Source of the DNA: Azolla caroliniana
Lineage: Eukaryota; Plantae; Polypodiophyta
Direction: 5' to 3'
DNA: 64,000 nucleotides
NCBI GenBank assembly: GCA_043228905.1
Contig: JBHGNT010000012.1
Coordinates: forward strand, 20,832,001-20,896,000
Shown: one piece after another, positions 59,901 through 64,000 of the stretch
Layout of the letters: each line of letters opens with the position of its first letter
Position numbering within the stretch: position 1 is the stretch's first letter
Notes under the pieces: model-generated
Seen by the model: the letters and a program-made list of their open reading frames with translations, nothing else
What the model was told of the DNA's origin: nothing
Databases searched by the model: none
Made by a program: the position numbers and the translations under genes

Positions 59901-62900
59901 ATATATTGGTTCTGGGAAAGTTGCAGAGTTGTGCTCAGATGTTCGAGGACTTGATATTGAAACTGTCATATTTGATGATGAACTCTCCCCAGGGTGAGTG
60001 CAACATAGCATACCTCTTTCAATAAAATTTATTTTATGTTTTCAAAAGCTAATATCAGCTTATTGTCTTACTTGCTTGATAATAAAAAATTAAGTTGGAC
60101 ATCATCATCAAGGAGAAGCTATGAAAACCTTATAAAAATATTTATATATTTCCATGCCATTTAGCAACGTATTTTTGTGATAAAATGGAAAGCCAACATC
60201 ATGTTTTCCCAAAATCTAGCTTGTTCTTGAGAGCCTAGACTTTCCATTATCTCTATATAGCAGTAAAACCTGCATAATCTTAAAAGACCCCCATTGTTCA
60301 CTAATAATAAGAGAGGGTCATAAGCTCTTTGAGTTACACAAATTTTGATAAAGATTCAAGATATGAATTTCAATCTGTTTGAAATTTTATTTACACATAA
60401 TCCATTGTTGTCATAAATCATTACTAATCATCAGGTTACTTTTTACTTTAGACAGCTTCGAAGTCTAGAAAAAGCCTTTGGAAATGAAGTTCGTGTCTGT
60501 GATCGTACGGCCCTTATTTTGGATATATTTAGCCAGCGTGCTGCAACACGAGAGGCCACATTGCAGGTCTGGTTCATGGTTAATTGATGAATTAATATCA
60601 TTTTTGCTGTATTATATTGAGTGTTTATCAGTTGAGTATATTTTAGCAAAACTAAAACACAGTAATGAGTTACCATTTGCGAAATATGCTGCAGGTCCAG
60701 TTAGCTCAGATGGAGTATCAACTTCCCCGTTTAACAAGAATGTGGACACATCTAGAAAGACAAGCAGGAGGAATGGTTAAAGGAATGGGTGAAAAGCAAA
60801 TAGAGGTTGATAAACGTATTCTGCGAACTCAGGTAAGAAGCTGCATTTGACCTCTCTCTATGTTTAGTTTATGATACATGGGCTATTTTTAAAGTGAATA
60901 ACTGCTGACCTTAATGTTATGGAATAATATTTGGGCAGATGGCACTTCTCAAGAAAGAGCTTGATTCTGTTCGTGGGCATCGGCAACAATATCGGGATCG
61001 CCGAGGATCTGTACCTATCCCTGTTGTTTCATTGGTAATGCCAGGATATTCAGATTATCAGCCTAAAAAAAAATTATTTTCTTGAATGATGCAAATGAAC
61101 TTGAAGAACTTGAGTTTGAATCTCTTCGATGTTTGTAAATAAAAGATAGCTAAAGAAAAATGTACAAATGAATATCTTCGATGTTTCTGCTTTCGTGAAA
61201 CAGAGAAATAGAAAAATTGATGAAAGGAAAATAGCTAAAGAAAAATGTACAAATGAATATTATATAAAATCACCACAGTATCACTACTATGAAAAGGAAG
61301 TAAAAGTAGATCGCAGTCTGGATTGCTGGGAAAGGTAGGTGGCTCAGAAACCTGACAAACTTCTGAAATAGAGACATTGGAATTTGGTAGATTGAGGGAC
61401 ATGCTATCTTGTTTTTTTCTATTTTCCTTTCATTAAGGAGGGATGATTTTCTAGTGTTTGCTATGCATTTGGTAAAAACATCCAGGGTATGTAAAGAATT
61501 AAGGGTAAAAACATCCAGGATTGAATGTACACAGGGACATGCTTGTATTTTTCTATTTTCCTTTCATTGAAGGATGATGTCCTAGTGATTGATATGTATT
61601 TGGCAAAAACATCCAGAGTATGTAAAGAACTAAGGATAAAAACATCCAAGGCATGTAAAGAACTAAGGCTTGAATACATCCACATTTCTGAACTCTGAAA
61701 AGTTGCATTTCTGAAATGGTGTTTATTAGTTCTGATTCAAATCCATATATTTGACTCACGTATACATACCTTTGGAGACGTGCACACTACCATGTATTGG
61801 ACTAATGCACATTATTGTATATTTATTGTGTACCTTTTCTATTAGAATTTTAAATTATATGCATGTAGTTCCCTTACAGGTTGGTTATACAAATGCTGGG
61901 AAAAGTACGCTTCTTAATCGACTTAGTGGAGCTGATGTACTAGCTGAAGATCGCCTTTTTGCAACACTTGATCCCACAACTAGGAAAATTGAGGTTGCTA
62001 TTCAAAACAAACAGTAGTGATGCTATTGCTTTACAATAAACTGTTTGCTTTAAATAATATATTTGTCGTGTTTTTTGTTTTAGTTATCCAATGGGACCGA
62101 GTGCCTCCTGACTGATACTGTTGGTTTTATACAAAAACTTCCAACCCAATTGGTATGCTTAATACACGTTATCATGAAAATTTTGAGTGTAATGTTTTAT
62201 TTGAAATAACAGTATGATTAGAATTTACACTATTATAGATATGCAGGAGATTAGATTATTGGTAGACTATGCCCCCGTCTTCTTTGTGGTGTTTCTTATG
62301 CTCATCATGTTTCTCTCTTTGTTGGAGCTAACATTCCCTACGATTTTGTGAGTGAATTACCAACAGCTAAGAAATTTCATTATACTTTTTGTTTACTAAC
62401 AATTATCGTTATCTGAGCTAATATAATCTAAACTCAGGTTACCATCGAATATTTTTGTTCATGACCAGTTGCCACTAATAAAAAGATCCTTGTTTATGCC
62501 CATTTTATACTTTCGCTTTGACGCTCATGTATATCCATCCCCTACAGTGAAGATACACGTACATGCATCTCATATAAAGCCAGGGGCATGGTGTTCATAC
62601 TCCAAAGCTAAGCTACCAGACAAGCTTGCATAGGCATCCCCAAAAACACTTATTTGCATAGGTTGCTTTCCATCATGGGCTGAACTTTTGAACCTTATTA
62701 ATATTCTTCATTATGAACTGTTGAGAACTCACTTTACCTTCATATGATCGCATCTTCTGATAAATTTGTGTATCATATTATATTTTCCTACAGCATATTA
62801 TATGTTTCACCCCATTTTCAATCTCACTAAATGAGGGTTGCCTACACTAGGATTTTACAGAAAGAAATCCAATCACATCCTTTATGCATGTATCTTCAAC

Positions 62901-64000
62901 CATCCTTTTTTGGTGGTAACATAATGAAATCTGCTTGTATCTTCTATAATTTTATTTATCATCCATGAAGATGTGCATAAGCTTAATCATATTCTCTTGA
63001 TCATCCAAATATCTGTTGGAGACTGTCATTGATCTCAAAAGTGGTTGATTTGATATGTGCCCATTGTATCTCTAGTTGTTTGCTATTTTGTGTGGTGCAA
63101 TATAGTCTGCATAATGCGTTTATTGATCTAGGTGAATATACATGGTTTACGTCTAGAGATCGGAGCTTCTTCTAAACATATCAGATCAGCTAATATTTAT
63201 GTGGCCAAACATTTAACCACATGAATACACAATATGTATACAGAGGTTTAAATTCTTGGCTGATGGATATGCTAATATCCTTCGGTTTTTGTGGAAAATA
63301 TTTAAATTGCATTATCCTAATGTTGAAGAATGTTTTTATGTTATCAGGTTGCATCTTTTCGGGCAACACTGGAGGAGATTAATGATTCATCTCTACTGCT
63401 ACATGTTGTTGATATAAGGTAAATCTTTGATACTCGTTCTATTAGTATGCATTGGGTTGCTAAACTGATATTGATTGTTTCTCAGTCATCCCCTCGCCAA
63501 AGAGCAAATGGAAGCTGTTGAAAGTGTTCTTGCTGAGCTTAATGTAGAGCATATACCTCGGCTTACTGTTTGGAATAAGGTAAATGCAGAATCCCCTATT
63601 TTAGTACATGCTGTGCAGTTAGCATGAATGTCCTCTAATTTGAGAAAGGTTCCATTTAGTTGAGATGTAGGTGTTCAGTTAACTATATATATTCTGTTAA
63701 ATTTTGAAATATGTAGAATATTTCCAGTCAACACATGAAATCATTGTTGCAGAGAGCAAGTAATGTGAAAAGATCATTTTCCAAGTTTTTGCCATGATGG
63801 AGATTCACAAATTGAAACTGATTGTTAAATACGGTTTTTAAAACAATAAATAGAAGTTTTATTTTTTTATTTTTTTTCAGATAGACCGAGCTGATAAAGA
63901 AAGCATAAGGAGAGCAGAAGCAGTTGCAGAAGGGGATATCGCTCGTATCTCGGCTGTGACAGGTGAAGGTGTAGATGATTTATGCAAGGCCATCCAGGAA
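55063..64000 (+). CDS. HflX: Plastid-targeted HflX ribosome-associated GTPase; at least 11 exons, runs off the window end
   Basis: Exons 55063-55506, 57442-57581, 59877-59993, 60452-60566, 60695-60832, 60939-61034, 61880-61993, 62084-62152, 63348-63418, 63486-63579 and 63881->64000, all GT-AG and in phase. Motifs [37 protein letters not shown]1 GYTNAGKS, G2 FATLD, G3 DTVG, G4 NKID, G5 ISA. Ser/Pro-rich transit-peptide-like N-terminus. Confidence 0.96.
56986..57120 (+). mobile_element. Short LINE/SINE 3'-end fragment with (TTTC)/(CT) tail in HflX intron 1
   Basis: Inverted copy of 57713-57825; flanked by (CT)n(AT)n microsatellite. Confidence 0.65.
57700..58900 (-). mobile_element. 5'-truncated LINE in HflX intron 2
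   Basis: ORFs 58208-58408 (ESEEHYVCH knuckle-like) and 58465-58776; 3' UTR ends in a TCTTTCTTTC tail. Confidence 0.65.
61395..61680. repeat. Degenerate tandem duplication in HflX intron 6
   Basis: Repeated GGGACATGCT...TTCTATTTTCCTTTCATT and AAAACATCCAG...ATGTAAAGAA units. Confidence 0.7.

Overview
Repeat-rich genomic DNA from a land plant, probably a seed-free lineage (moss, fern or lycophyte; inferred only from the element families). About 52 kb is a deeply nested transposon stack, followed by an intact spliced gene for a plastid-targeted HflX GTPase (55063 to beyond the window end). Matching target-site duplications resolve five nesting levels: an old Ty3/gypsy RT relic holds a hAT-type MITE (8-bp TSD GTCCACAT), which holds a tRNA-Trp-primed Ty3/gypsy element (19177-51775). 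The 5' LTR of that element is split by a 24.6-kb (about 9.4 kb native) DNA transposon (19686-44254; 34-bp TIRs, 4-bp TSD CAAA), which in turn holds a young intact copia, a young chromovirus and three solo LTRs. That DNA transposon is the main finding. It encodes a Sola-like DDD transposase and, divergently, a spliced gene fusing a ParB/Srx-like domain to a bacterial-type beta-class N4-C/N6-A DNA methyltransferase. Between the two genes lies an array of about 20 copies of a 23-bp CpG-rich palindrome (AACTCGATACGnCGTATCGAGTT), resembling a parS-like binding array. This copy is pseudogenised. All calls were made by eye; no database searches were run.
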